Source: Candidatus Poseidoniales archaeon (GTDB lineage: Archaea; Thermoplasmatota; Poseidoniia; Poseidoniales; Poseidoniaceae). From it: a DNA stretch of 64,000 nucleotides. The translations under genes and the position numbers were made by a program. The number at the start of each line of letters is the position of its first letter. Position 1 is the first letter of the stretch. The notes beneath the pieces are model-generated. The model was not told the DNA's origin. It did no database searches and saw only the letters and a program-made list of their open reading frames with translations. Positions 1 through 8,094 of the stretch are shown here, piece by piece. The DNA lies in assembly GCA_038146705.1 (NCBI GenBank), contig JAYQSB010000007.1:7583-71582 (forward strand). Direction: 5' to 3'.

Positions 1-22
1 GCTACTCAAGTGGTGAAGAATT

Positions 23-1408
23 TCAATCCTTCTTCTCTTTTCGAGGTCGATGTCTTTTTTTGGATGAATCTTGTTCTTCTTCACGCATTGCTCGTAATTC
101 TCTCGATGATTTCTTTGATTTCTTCCCGGATTGACCAGCGATATCGACACGAATCTTGCGGCCATCTATTTCAGTTCCATTTAATGCACCAACAACCTCT
201 TTTGCATTCGTTTTGGATGTTGTTGATACGAATGCGAATCCTTTTGGTTTACCATCCGGACTTGTGACGATATTGATGTGCGTGACTTCTGCATGTTCTT
301 TGAATGCTGCATCAATTTGTTCTTTTGTGATTGAGAAAGGAAGGTTGCCCACATAAAATTTGACTTCAGGGTCTCGTTTTGGCTTACTTTTCTTGCTCTT
401 GTCATCCGCTAAATTCACACCTAAGATGCGACCTTGAATTTTCTTTGTTTTCATGGCTTCGATAGCAGCCTGTGCCATTGCTTTATCTTCGTATGTGACA
501 AAGCCAAATCCTCGACTTGCTCCGCCTTCATCGGTCATCACAATACAATCTTCCATATCACCGAATTCGCCAAAGATTTCTCGTAGACCATTTGTATCAA
601 TATCTCGAGGAATCCCTCCTACGAAGAGACGACAGTCAGGGTCAGCCCGTGGCTTTGAGCCACCGCCGCCAGACCCGCCTTCGAATGAGAAATATTCTAC
701 TGCTCGACCATCGTTACGAACATCTGCAGCGATCATCGTTGAACGGGCTGCAGGGCCTTTTGCTCGGAACTTTTCAGTTGCTTCACTCCATCGCTTTCCT
801 TTTCTTGAAATTTCATCTATATCTTCCCGGCCACTTCCCCAACCGATTCCAAATTGGTCGGACACCGCACGATAATCCCTTGAGCCACAAGTTGAACATA
901 TGACATTCCAATCATCGCTTACATCTATTTCCATTTGTCCTCCGCACGAGCCACAGAGTGAACTCAAGACACCAAGGTGAGGGGCAGAGCGGAAGTCAAT
1001 TCGTAGAACTGGTTGTGTATCTGTTACAATTCCTCGACAAACATCTCGAACGTTGAGGGCATCTCTTGTTTGATGAAGATATCTGTCGGTGATGTTTGTG
1101 ACATGGAATTGTGCAATGCGGTTCTCAGCATCAATGGAGCCTGATTTCCCCTCGATGAGAAGAATCATCGCTTCACCATGTTTCTCATTGAGTCGAGTTA
1201 TTTCGCACAACACAGTATCGCCGACCTTCGGTGTGGGGAGTTCTTGTTGAGGTACGACGCTAATGATGCCATCTTCTTGATGAATTTCGCCGAGAACGAG
1301 TGCACGTAGTTCACCATGGTGGAGGTGGACGCCAGAGCCGACCTCGAATTCTCCTTCATTACCTAATTTCGTACCCGGGGTGACGATGCTCGCCGTCATG
1401 TTTCTCAT
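23..1408 (-). CDS. csl4: Exosome cap subunit Csl4 (N-domain + S1 + zinc ribbon) fused to two C-terminal RRM domains and a Lys-rich tail
   Basis: ORF 23..1612 trimmed to the ATG at 1408, because the upstream part overlaps the methyltransferase gene and AAGGA precedes this ATG. The N-half has Csl4 layout: IVTPGTKLG N-domain, S1-like FHVTNITDRY...VRDVCRGIV, and a CxxC-x15-CxxC zinc ribbon CGSCGG...CSTCGS (nt 887-955). After a GGSGGGGS linker come two RRMs with near-consensus RNP2/RNP1 motifs: LFVGGI/RGFGFVTY (nt 407-631) and FYVGNL/KGFAFVST (nt 137-361). A K/R/E-rich tail follows. Confidence 0.8.
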   Translation of the reverse strand: MRNMTASIVTPGTKLGNEGEFEVGSGVHLHHGELRALVLGEIHQEDGIISVVPQQELPTPKVGDTVLCEITRLNEKHGEAMILLIEGKSGSIDAENRIAQFHVTNITDRYLHQTRDALNVRDVCRGIVTDTQPVLRIDFRSAPHLGVLSSLCGSCGGQMEIDVSDDWNVICSTCGSRDYRAVSDQFGIGWGSGREDIDEISRKGKRWSEATEKFRAKGPAARSTMIAADVRNDGRAVEYFSFEGGSGGGGSKPRADPDCRLFVGGIPRDIDTNGLREIFGEFGDMEDCIVMTDEGGASRGFGFVTYEDKAMAQAAIEAMKTKKIQGRILGVNLADDKSKKSKPKRDPEVKFYVGNLPFSITKEQIDAAFKEHAEVTHINIVTSPDGKPKGFAFVSTTSKTNAKEVVGALNGTEIDGRKIRVDIAGQSGKKSKKSSRELRAMREEEQDSSKKRHRPRKEKKD

Positions 1409-1502
1409 TCCTTGGACATGGCCATCGACAGGTCGCACGCCGCTATTCGACCCCACATGTCTTTCCTTTTCAAACCCGAGTATGACAATGAATTCACTTT
1501 GG

Positions 1503-2117
1503 TCAGCCTTGTCTTGAAAATGACCAACAAGAGATTTTCGTCGTTTGTTGACGACTTTTGTGGTGTTGATAGGCTTGAGGTAACCGAAAATGGTCGTTGA
1601 ATAATTTCTCACTTGACCAACCCTGATTTGACGCTATATCCTCAATATGTTTTGATTCAGCAGAATGAAGGATATGGACATGTGTCGCTTTTGAGGTAAA
1701 GGCAAGGTCAAAAAATGGGCGGTCTGCCTTCTGGGTTTGAACACCCCATGGGGGATTCATAATGATTGCATCAACATCAGTTGGCAGTTCGGTGTGATCT
1801 GAAATAGACGTTTGGACTACATTATACATGTCATCAGGAAATGATTCGAGATTTTGTTGTAGAACTTTCACTGCTTCTTCATCGACCTCATAGAATGATA
1901 CATGCGTAGCACCGAGCAACAAACATCCGATGCCAAGAATCCCATTTCCGCTTCCCAAGTCTGCCATTCGTAATCCTTCAACTCCGTCGTTGTGAGAGAG
2001 GACGGTAAGCCACCTCGCAGCAAGAGCTCCATCTGTTTGGTATTGTTCAAGAATAACATCTCGTTGAGGGTGTGGCTCAAGATTTGATAGGAGCATCGCA
2101 AGATGCTTTGTTTTCAT
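1503..2117 (-). CDS. METTL5-like N6-adenine (rRNA) methyltransferase, class I SAM-dependent
   Basis: 204 aa. LEQYQTDG N-terminal signature, SAM-binding DLGSGNGILG, and catalytic IIMNPPWG (NPPW/F-type amino-methyltransferase motif). Lies directly upstream of csl4 on the same strand. Confidence 0.7.
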   Translation of the reverse strand: MKTKHLAMLLSNLEPHPQRDVILEQYQTDGALAARWLTVLSHNDGVEGLRMADLGSGNGILGIGCLLLGATHVSFYEVDEEAVKVLQQNLESFPDDMYNVVQTSISDHTELPTDVDAIIMNPPWGVQTQKADRPFFDLAFTSKATHVHILHSAESKHIEDIASNQGWSSEKLFNDHFRLPQAYQHHKSRQQTTKISCWSFSRQG

Positions 2118-2121
2118 TCCC

Positions 2122-2301
2122 TCACCATCGAGGTTGCTGTTGGTATTGGCGCTGTTGCATTTGGAATCTCATGTTTTGAATTTGTTGTGCTTCCATTCGC
2201 AGCCTTTGTAGGAGGGCTTCGCCAGGTTGTTGATTTCCGCAAAATCGGCAAAATCGAGTTCCATCAGGATGCTGTTGGCCACAGTTGATACAGAAAGCCA
2301 T
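2122..2301 (-). CDS. Small zinc-ribbon protein (59 aa) with Gln-rich tail; missing from the ORF track (below cutoff)
   Basis: My translation: MAFCINCGQQHPDGTRFCRFCGNQQPGEALLQRLRMEAQQIQNMRFQMQQRQYQQQPRW*. It has CxxC-x10-CxxC. GGAGGA lies 6 nt upstream of the ATG at 2301. The stop at 2122-2124 lies 4 nt before the methyltransferase ATG (2117). Confidence 0.6.
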   Translation of the reverse strand: MAFCINCGQQHPDGTRFCRFCGNQQPGEALLQRLRMEAQQIQNMRFQMQQRQYQQQPRW

Positions 2302-2338
2302 GATGATTCCTCCATTTGTTGCTGGCGTTTTTTCTTTT

Positions 2339-3406
2339 TCAACCTATTGATGTCATTTCGACGAGAATGGACCAAGTATCAAGTTGAATGGCAATTGCAC
2401 GTTCATTCATTTCTTCCCATCGAGGGTCTTCCATGAATTCTGAAACTTCAATGCCAGAATCAATTTTCTCTTGGATAAAGGCACGAAATTCAATTTCAAT
2501 TTCAGACTGAGGTTCACTTTCTTCTTCCTGTGGCAATTCCACATCTGTTGAATCGTTTTCTTCGACCTCTAATGTAGGTTCGATTGGAACATCGACAACC
2601 ACCTCATCTGCACCTGCGATTTCTTCAGCCCCATCATTGCTCTTCTCATCACTTGCCGAAGGGGGAAGAGGAACCTGTTCAGTCTCTTCTGATGTCTCTT
2701 CAACATGTTGAGGTTCGACTACGGGCGTTTCAACCTCTTCGGTTTGGATCTCTTCAACAGGCTCATCTTTGGATTCTTCGTTGATATTTTCCTCAACGAC
2801 GGGTTCGGAAGCCTCTGAGATTTCCGGTTTAGGACGCTCAAGTCGGCCTACTCCTAGGACTTCAGCCTGTTGTCGAGCAAATTCTGCCGCTTGTCTTCTT
2901 GGAAGACTGACGAATGCTTTTCCAGGGAGTGAACTGGTTGGGAAAGGCAAGTAGTAAATATCAATTGGATTGATCTCTGGATGTGTAAAACACATGATTT
3001 GTTCGGCTTCAAATGCCCTTTGAGCAGGCGAATCAATAGAAAAGGGAAGGGGATGAACCTTGATGCTGCTTCTTTTCCAGCCTTCGCCTTTGATGAGGTG
3101 CTGAACCCACGGACCGAGGTCCGTTGTTGCGAGGTCAACGAATTGGAATGACGCATCACGAGGATTCAATCCTTGTTCCTCCAAGAGCTTGGCTTGTTCC
3201 CTTGGCCGATGAAACATCGACACAATCGGTTGCCCATGCTCGACAAGGTCGCCATGAAGTTCCATCATTTTGCGGTCTTTTCTTGGACAAAGCATGAGGA
3301 TTCGCATTCTGGTTGCGTTCACGTCCCAAATTTCGCCCCATCTTTGCTCTGCCTCATCAAACAACTGTCCCATGGTAGCGTCGGGAATCATTGCAGTTAT
3401 GCCCAT
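2339..3406 (-). CDS. Hypothetical protein: ~210-aa globular N-domain, ~110-aa highly acidic E/P/V-rich linker, short conserved-looking C-terminal segment
   Basis: Long ORF 2339..3457 begins with TTG. The ATG at 3406 is preceded by GGTGAG. I recognised no family motif. The acidic low-complexity region reads EPVVEENINEESKDEPVEEIQTEEVETPVVEPQHVEETSEETE... Confidence 0.55.
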   Translation of the reverse strand: MGITAMIPDATMGQLFDEAEQRWGEIWDVNATRMRILMLCPRKDRKMMELHGDLVEHGQPIVSMFHRPREQAKLLEEQGLNPRDASFQFVDLATTDLGPWVQHLIKGEGWKRSSIKVHPLPFSIDSPAQRAFEAEQIMCFTHPEINPIDIYYLPFPTSSLPGKAFVSLPRRQAAEFARQQAEVLGVGRLERPKPEISEASEPVVEENINEESKDEPVEEIQTEEVETPVVEPQHVEETSEETEQVPLPPSASDEKSNDGAEEIAGADEVVVDVPIEPTLEVEENDSTDVELPQEEESEPQSEIEIEFRAFIQEKIDSGIEVSEFMEDPRWEEMNERAIAIQLDTWSILVEMTSIG

Positions 3407-3460
3407 TGTCTCACCGGTGTGTATGAGACTGTTTTCCTCTTTAGCGATAGGGGTCAAAAT

Positions 3461-4513
3461 TCATGAGTCAAGGATACCTTTTGCATAGGCCAATTCAGCG
3501 AGGAGAATTGTACCCCCGGCTGCTCCACGGATGAGATTGTGAGAATACCCCTGGAAATGTATGCATGCCTCATCTTTTTGTTTGAAATTTCCCACCGTGA
3601 CTGCCATTCCATTTCCCCGATGATAATGCTCATCCTCTGGTGTTGACATTTGAACACCATCAGACCACAGGTCTTCATCAAGGTTGATTTCATCTTTGAA
3701 TTGAATCAGTTTTCTTGGACTTGATGGTAGATTCAAATGTTGTTTTTGATTGAAACTGATTAATGTATTTTGTAGTTCATCAACACCTGTTGGTCGGTTA
3801 AATGTAAGATGAATGTCGACAAGGTGGCCGTGTTGTCGAGGGACTCGCTTGCACGATACGTCAATAGGTATGCTCGATTGGGTGATGTATCCAAATTCTT
3901 GAATAATTTTCTCTGCTTCACCAGGAATGGTTTGGTCACTCAGTGTATTTTTGGCGTTAAACTCGTCGAGTAATCGCCTCCCTCCTCCAGAAAGTGCTTG
4001 CTTGGTGTTGATTTCACAATGTTTGATTTCGGTGTTGTGCATGAGTGGATATACAGCAAACAAAAAACTCAGGAGCGTGCAATTCGTAGCACAAACATGA
4101 TGCGAGGTCGATGCGAATAATCGGTCAGCGTTGATTTCCGGTACAACTGTCGGAATGTCTTCTCGACAACGGTATGAACTAGCGTTCGAAAACACATGAA
4201 TGCCGTATTTTGCCCAAATTGGTTCAATGTTCCAAGCATATTCTGAAGGAATTGTTGAAATCGCTAACTTCACGCCTTTATTTGCGAGGTCTGCGATTAT
4301 GCTTTCATCATCGAGCGGGAGAACAATGTTGTCGAGTGGCTTGGGGCGAAAATACTCTATTGTCCAAGGCAAGTGCTCAACTTTTCGTCCGACGTTGCTT
4401 GGGCTTCCAGCAATATAATTGAGATTAAACCAAGGGTGGTCGTTGAGAAGAAATTGAACATATTGTGAAACAATCCCTGATGAACCAAGCAAGACTGTGC
4501 TGATTTGGCTCAT
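3461..4513 (-). CDS. asd: Aspartate-semialdehyde dehydrogenase (archaeal type)
   Basis: HPWFNL near the N-terminus, VFSNASSYRCREDIPTVVPEIN, active-site Cys in ATNCTLL, QALSGGG, and RVPRQHGHLVDIHL. The N-terminal dinucleotide motif is divergent (GSSGIVS). Confidence 0.8.
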   Translation of the reverse strand: MSQISTVLLGSSGIVSQYVQFLLNDHPWFNLNYIAGSPSNVGRKVEHLPWTIEYFRPKPLDNIVLPLDDESIIADLANKGVKLAISTIPSEYAWNIEPIWAKYGIHVFSNASSYRCREDIPTVVPEINADRLFASTSHHVCATNCTLLSFLFAVYPLMHNTEIKHCEINTKQALSGGGRRLLDEFNAKNTLSDQTIPGEAEKIIQEFGYITQSSIPIDVSCKRVPRQHGHLVDIHLTFNRPTGVDELQNTLISFNQKQHLNLPSSPRKLIQFKDEINLDEDLWSDGVQMSTPEDEHYHRGNGMAVTVGNFKQKDEACIHFQGYSHNLIRGAAGGTILLAELAYAKGILDS

Positions 4514-4538
4514 ATCATATCACCAAAACCTTTCCTTT

Positions 4539-5261
4539 TCAATTCATGTTCTGTTGCGTCGGTTCGTATGGGAGTGGAAAAATTCGTCGCACAATTAATT
4601 TCTTCAAGATGTGCCAACCATCAGCAGTCGAACCCAATTTTGCATCACCAATACGAGGTCGATAGTGAATAGGAACGTATTCAATTTTGAGCCCATGATG
4701 GACACAGGTCGCAAATAATTCTGCTTCTAACTCAAATGACGCACTGTTAAGTTTCATTTTCTCGAGGGCTTTTGATGAAAACATCCAGTAGCCTGAACAC
4801 AAATCCTCACATTTTCGGCCAAACAGAATTGATGCAAACCATGTCAAAAAATGATTACCCATCATATTCAATTTTGTCATGCTATTGCGGGAACTTTTGC
4901 CAGTCAATCGATTCCCAACGACAATATCATTTTTTGAAAGCGATGGAAGGAATTCAATGATCTCTTTTGGATCATACGTTCCATCTGCATCAAGCATCAC
5001 AACAACATCAGGGTTGTATTGCATCGCTTTCCCAAATCCTTCTCGAATAGCGTTACCCTTTCCAGTTCCTTGTTGTTGGAATACATCAAAATTCAATCTC
5101 TTTGCAATTTCATTTGAACCATCAATTGAGTGTCCATCTGCTACGATACAGGTTGTTTTGAAACCCATGTGTTCTAGACTCTCGAAAGGAAGATGTCGAT
5201 TGACCCAGCGTAATCCATCTGCTTCATTGAGCGTGGGAAGAAGAACGACAAGGCTCTTCAT
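4539..5261 (-). CDS. Family 2 glycosyltransferase (dolichyl-phosphate sugar synthase-like)
   Basis: VVLLPTLNEADGL, ADGHSIDGS, DXD motif in MLDADGTYDP, and a C-terminal amphipathic/hydrophobic tail. About 240 aa, typical for Dpm1/AglD-like GT2 enzymes. Confidence 0.8.
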   Translation of the reverse strand: MKSLVVLLPTLNEADGLRWVNRHLPFESLEHMGFKTTCIVADGHSIDGSNEIAKRLNFDVFQQQGTGKGNAIREGFGKAMQYNPDVVVMLDADGTYDPKEIIEFLPSLSKNDIVVGNRLTGKSSRNSMTKLNMMGNHFLTWFASILFGRKCEDLCSGYWMFSSKALEKMKLNSASFELEAELFATCVHHGLKIEYVPIHYRPRIGDAKLGSTADGWHILKKLIVRRIFPLPYEPTQQNMN

Positions 5262-5303
5262 GCTCCTGTCGAAATGTCCTTCTAAATTGATACTTTCGAC
5301 GAC

Positions 5304-7406
5304 TTAATTTGTTTCAATCGCTAGAAGCGAAACGCCAGTTACATCGAATATGTGCTTGCTTCGACCCGATATGCCCGTTGGATTGACGAAAAATGAAGAG
5401 TCATCATGTTCCCAGATGATTGAAAATGAATCCCCTTGAACATTCTCAAAGCAAAGACGATGATAGCCTGCTGAAGATTTGAGCGTGTGCTCGAAATATT
5501 CATTGGAAATTTTGACACTTCCTATTGAGCCATGTGTGATATAGGATAGACAGAATGTAGGTGAATGAACTGCAGAAGGTCGAATTTCAAGAGAAGCTTC
5601 TTTTCCTTCTTCAACGAATTCAATGGTCGATGAAAATCCATACCGATATGAAAGTGCGTGTTTTGAGGACCAAATGTCATCTCTCGACTCGCATCCTATA
5701 CATTGTTCAGAATGAATAGGTTCAACCCTATATTGCTGAGCATTTCCTCCAGCACGAAACTCCCAAATTCGACTTCCATCAATCTGGTCGATTTCCTCCC
5801 AGAAACGTGAGCTGGATAAGATCCATTGAAGAGAACCCATGGGTGATGAAATTGCAGCCTGAATCCCCAAATCGGTTATTCCGGATACGTCGTCGTAGAG
5901 AATTGCAGTGTATGCTTTTGAGTGCGAGGTTAAATCAGACTGAACAACACCAACTGTTGGCTTCGCGACAAAAGAACTGTTATGCTCAAACCAAGTGTAG
6001 CCCCATGGTGCATTTTCAGTGTAAATCGATTCATATTCTTCGATATATTTGTCAAAAAGTAGAATATCGGACGATTGTACAGCATGATTTTGATCATGTG
6101 GTATGATTTGTAGAACCAAGATTGTAGGCATGCAGAGCATGATTGTCAAAACAATAGTTTTGATTGCCTTTTTTTGAAGATAAGAATCGAATTTCAAGGA
6201 TAGTGCAACGATGCCGAGTAGAGGTATATGGAATGCATGGAGGCTCATCGAGTACAATATTTGGGACAATACATGAAGCGTTTCGATTGGTGCTTCAGGT
6301 CCGAAATACTGAACAAAAGTAAAACTGTAAACTGCGATAAACCAGAAACTGAATACTTGTATTTCTTTATTTTTTGATTCGACCAAAGAACAGTACATTG
6401 CCGCTGCAAACAAGAAGCCATTGAACAAAAGAAATGACTTGCCGCCTTGCCAACCATATTCGTTGTCGATCCAGTGGCCATTTGAAAGGTTCAAATTCCT
6501 AACCAGAAGTTCACTCAAAAGAAGAAGGAGGACAATACAGCCTCCAATGAGGAGTTTTTTGTTTGGTTGATTCATCTTAGGTGTGTTGTCTTCAACGATG
6601 ACCGCCTCGACGAGATATAGCGTGAGCAAATAGATGAAGCCACTAGGGTGAATGAGTACGCTACCACTGAGTAAAATGAACTTTATTTTCTTCGAGTCAT
6701 TTTGTTTGAACATGAGGAAAAGAGCAAATGAAAGCGGTAGAAGGCTTGCTATTGTTGGGTAGCCTGAGTCGAAGAATTTTGCGAAAATAGCGACACCAAG
6801 CATCATTGCAACGAGAGCGTGAAGTGATTTTTTCCGTTCATCAAATGCAGCAGTGAGTCCACAAATCAATCCAAACATACTTGCTGTTCCGACATCAAAG
6901 GTTGCAACATCGAGACTTTGTTGTGTGAGAAACCCAACGTGTGCAACGAGTGAAGGGAAGGCAGGCGAGTACCACCATGTCATATCCGTCCACACGATGC
7001 CTCCTTCTACTGCTGTGTATTCTGATGCAATGACGGCAAATCCAATCCAATCAACACCAAACTGAATGTCGGATAACATTCGATAAGCAAAAATTGCGAA
7101 GGTCAATGATGCAAAACCTATGAAAGAATCGATTTCGAATTTCGATTCCTTCACCTCAACCTTCTTGCCAGTTCTCAACCATGTCCATATTGCCAGAGCA
7201 TTGAAACCGATGAGGGCGAAAAAGAACACCCATGGCGAGAAACCGAAGAGCAACATGATGAGTGCAGATATCGCAAACTGAGTGAAAACAGAAAGAGAAA
7301 CAGAGAGGAGAATCCATTGTAATTTAGTTCTCAAATCAAAATACAGCATGAGGTATATTGCACTTGGAAGAATGCCTGCGAGGAGAATAAACAAGACTCC
7401 CCACAT
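5304..7406 (-). CDS. Polytopic membrane protein with C-terminal soluble domain; possible GT-C-type glycosyltransferase
   Basis: 700 aa. A run of roughly 12-13 hydrophobic helices over ~440 aa is followed by a ~250-aa soluble domain. It lies 42 nt upstream of the GT2 gene on the same strand. I found no diagnostic catalytic motif, so the function is inference from architecture and context. Confidence 0.5.
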   Translation of the reverse strand: MWGVLFILLAGILPSAIYLMLYFDLRTKLQWILLSVSLSVFTQFAISALIMLLFGFSPWVFFFALIGFNALAIWTWLRTGKKVEVKESKFEIDSFIGFASLTFAIFAYRMLSDIQFGVDWIGFAVIASEYTAVEGGIVWTDMTWWYSPAFPSLVAHVGFLTQQSLDVATFDVGTASMFGLICGLTAAFDERKKSLHALVAMMLGVAIFAKFFDSGYPTIASLLPLSFALFLMFKQNDSKKIKFILLSGSVLIHPSGFIYLLTLYLVEAVIVEDNTPKMNQPNKKLLIGGCIVLLLLLSELLVRNLNLSNGHWIDNEYGWQGGKSFLLFNGFLFAAAMYCSLVESKNKEIQVFSFWFIAVYSFTFVQYFGPEAPIETLHVLSQILYSMSLHAFHIPLLGIVALSLKFDSYLQKKAIKTIVLTIMLCMPTILVLQIIPHDQNHAVQSSDILLFDKYIEEYESIYTENAPWGYTWFEHNSSFVAKPTVGVVQSDLTSHSKAYTAILYDDVSGITDLGIQAAISSPMGSLQWILSSSRFWEEIDQIDGSRIWEFRAGGNAQQYRVEPIHSEQCIGCESRDDIWSSKHALSYRYGFSSTIEFVEEGKEASLEIRPSAVHSPTFCLSYITHGSIGSVKISNEYFEHTLKSSAGYHRLCFENVQGDSFSIIWEHDDSSFFVNPTGISGRSKHIFDVTGVSLLAIETN

Positions 7407-7491
7407 ACCATACGCCTAGTGATGAAACCTCTTCTTCTTTCTGTTAAAGCATAAGTAGAACCACCAAATAAGATAGATAAGGGGGAATTCG

Positions 7492-8094
7492 ATGTTTCAT
7501 CCAACAGTAATGTTCGACGAACCATACTGGGTTTTTGATTTCACGAAACCAAGGTCGACACCTTGGCAAAACAGTTTCAAGTTCACCATTGGGCGTTATG
7601 ATGAAACCCGCCCTGGCATGTACAACGCCGAAATATTTGGAAATGTTCGAAATCACCATGTTGGGATCGATATCGGTGGCCCGATTGGTACACCTATTCA
7701 CGCATTTGCGGATGGAGAAATTTTCATGATCGATGTGAATGATGAAGAAGGATCGTATGGCCCGACCCTTATCACAAAACATCAGGTTGCATTACCTCAA
7801 AGCGTAGGTTCAGCAGAGAGTGGCGAAGTCGAAACATTTTGGGTTTTGTACGGTCACTTGAGTGCAGGCGTTCTCGATTCGTGGACGATTGGTCAATCAT
7901 TTGTAAAAGGAACAATCCTTGCTCACATTGGGAACGAAGATGAGAATGGCGGTTGGGCACCTCATGTGCATGTTCAGATGTCACGAATTGAACCGACCAT
8001 ATGTGATTTGCCAGGCGTTGTAGCAGTTGAACACAGGAGTAATGCGTTGCGAGATTATCCAGACCCACGTCTCATTCTCGGCGAACTTTATTGA
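7492..8094 (+). CDS. M23 family metallopeptidase-like protein, no signal peptide
   Basis: HxxxD motif in NHHVGIDIGGPIGTPIHA and HxH motif in GWAPHVHVQM. The N-terminus is hydrophilic (MFHPTVMFDEPYW). AAGGGGGA precedes the ATG. Confidence 0.75.
   Translation: MFHPTVMFDEPYWVFDFTKPRSTPWQNSFKFTIGRYDETRPGMYNAEIFGNVRNHHVGIDIGGPIGTPIHAFADGEIFMIDVNDEEGSYGPTLITKHQVALPQSVGSAESGEVETFWVLYGHLSAGVLDSWTIGQSFVKGTILAHIGNEDENGGWAPHVHVQMSRIEPTICDLPGVVAVEHRSNALRDYPDPRLILGELY

Noticed and set aside
453-875. 140-aa plus-strand ORF (and the overlapping 517-903 ORF) antisense to the Csl4-RRM gene
   Set aside because: It lies entirely within a strongly motif-supported minus-strand CDS. Its translation is low-complexity (S/P/R-rich) with no start context, which is typical of a shadow ORF.
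1409-1612. N-terminal extension of the Csl4 ORF up to 1612
   Set aside because: It overlaps the 3' end of the methyltransferase gene (stop at 1503) by 110 nt, and the extension has no Csl4-like sequence. The ATG at 1408, with an AAGGA upstream, begins right at the conserved Csl4 N-domain.
2169-2375. Tracked 68-aa minus-strand ORF in the 2118-2338 gap
   Set aside because: It has no RBS or motif and overlaps the end of the upstream gene. A different frame in the same gap gives a clean RBS-preceded zinc-ribbon ORF (2122-2301), which I prefer.
6963-6977. WWYSP in the 700-aa membrane protein considered as a degenerate AglB/STT3 WWDYG motif
   Set aside because: It lies in an early loop (about residue 144) rather than just after the last TM helix, where WWDYG sits in STT3/AglB, and the Asp and Gly are missing. 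I therefore do not call an oligosaccharyltransferase.
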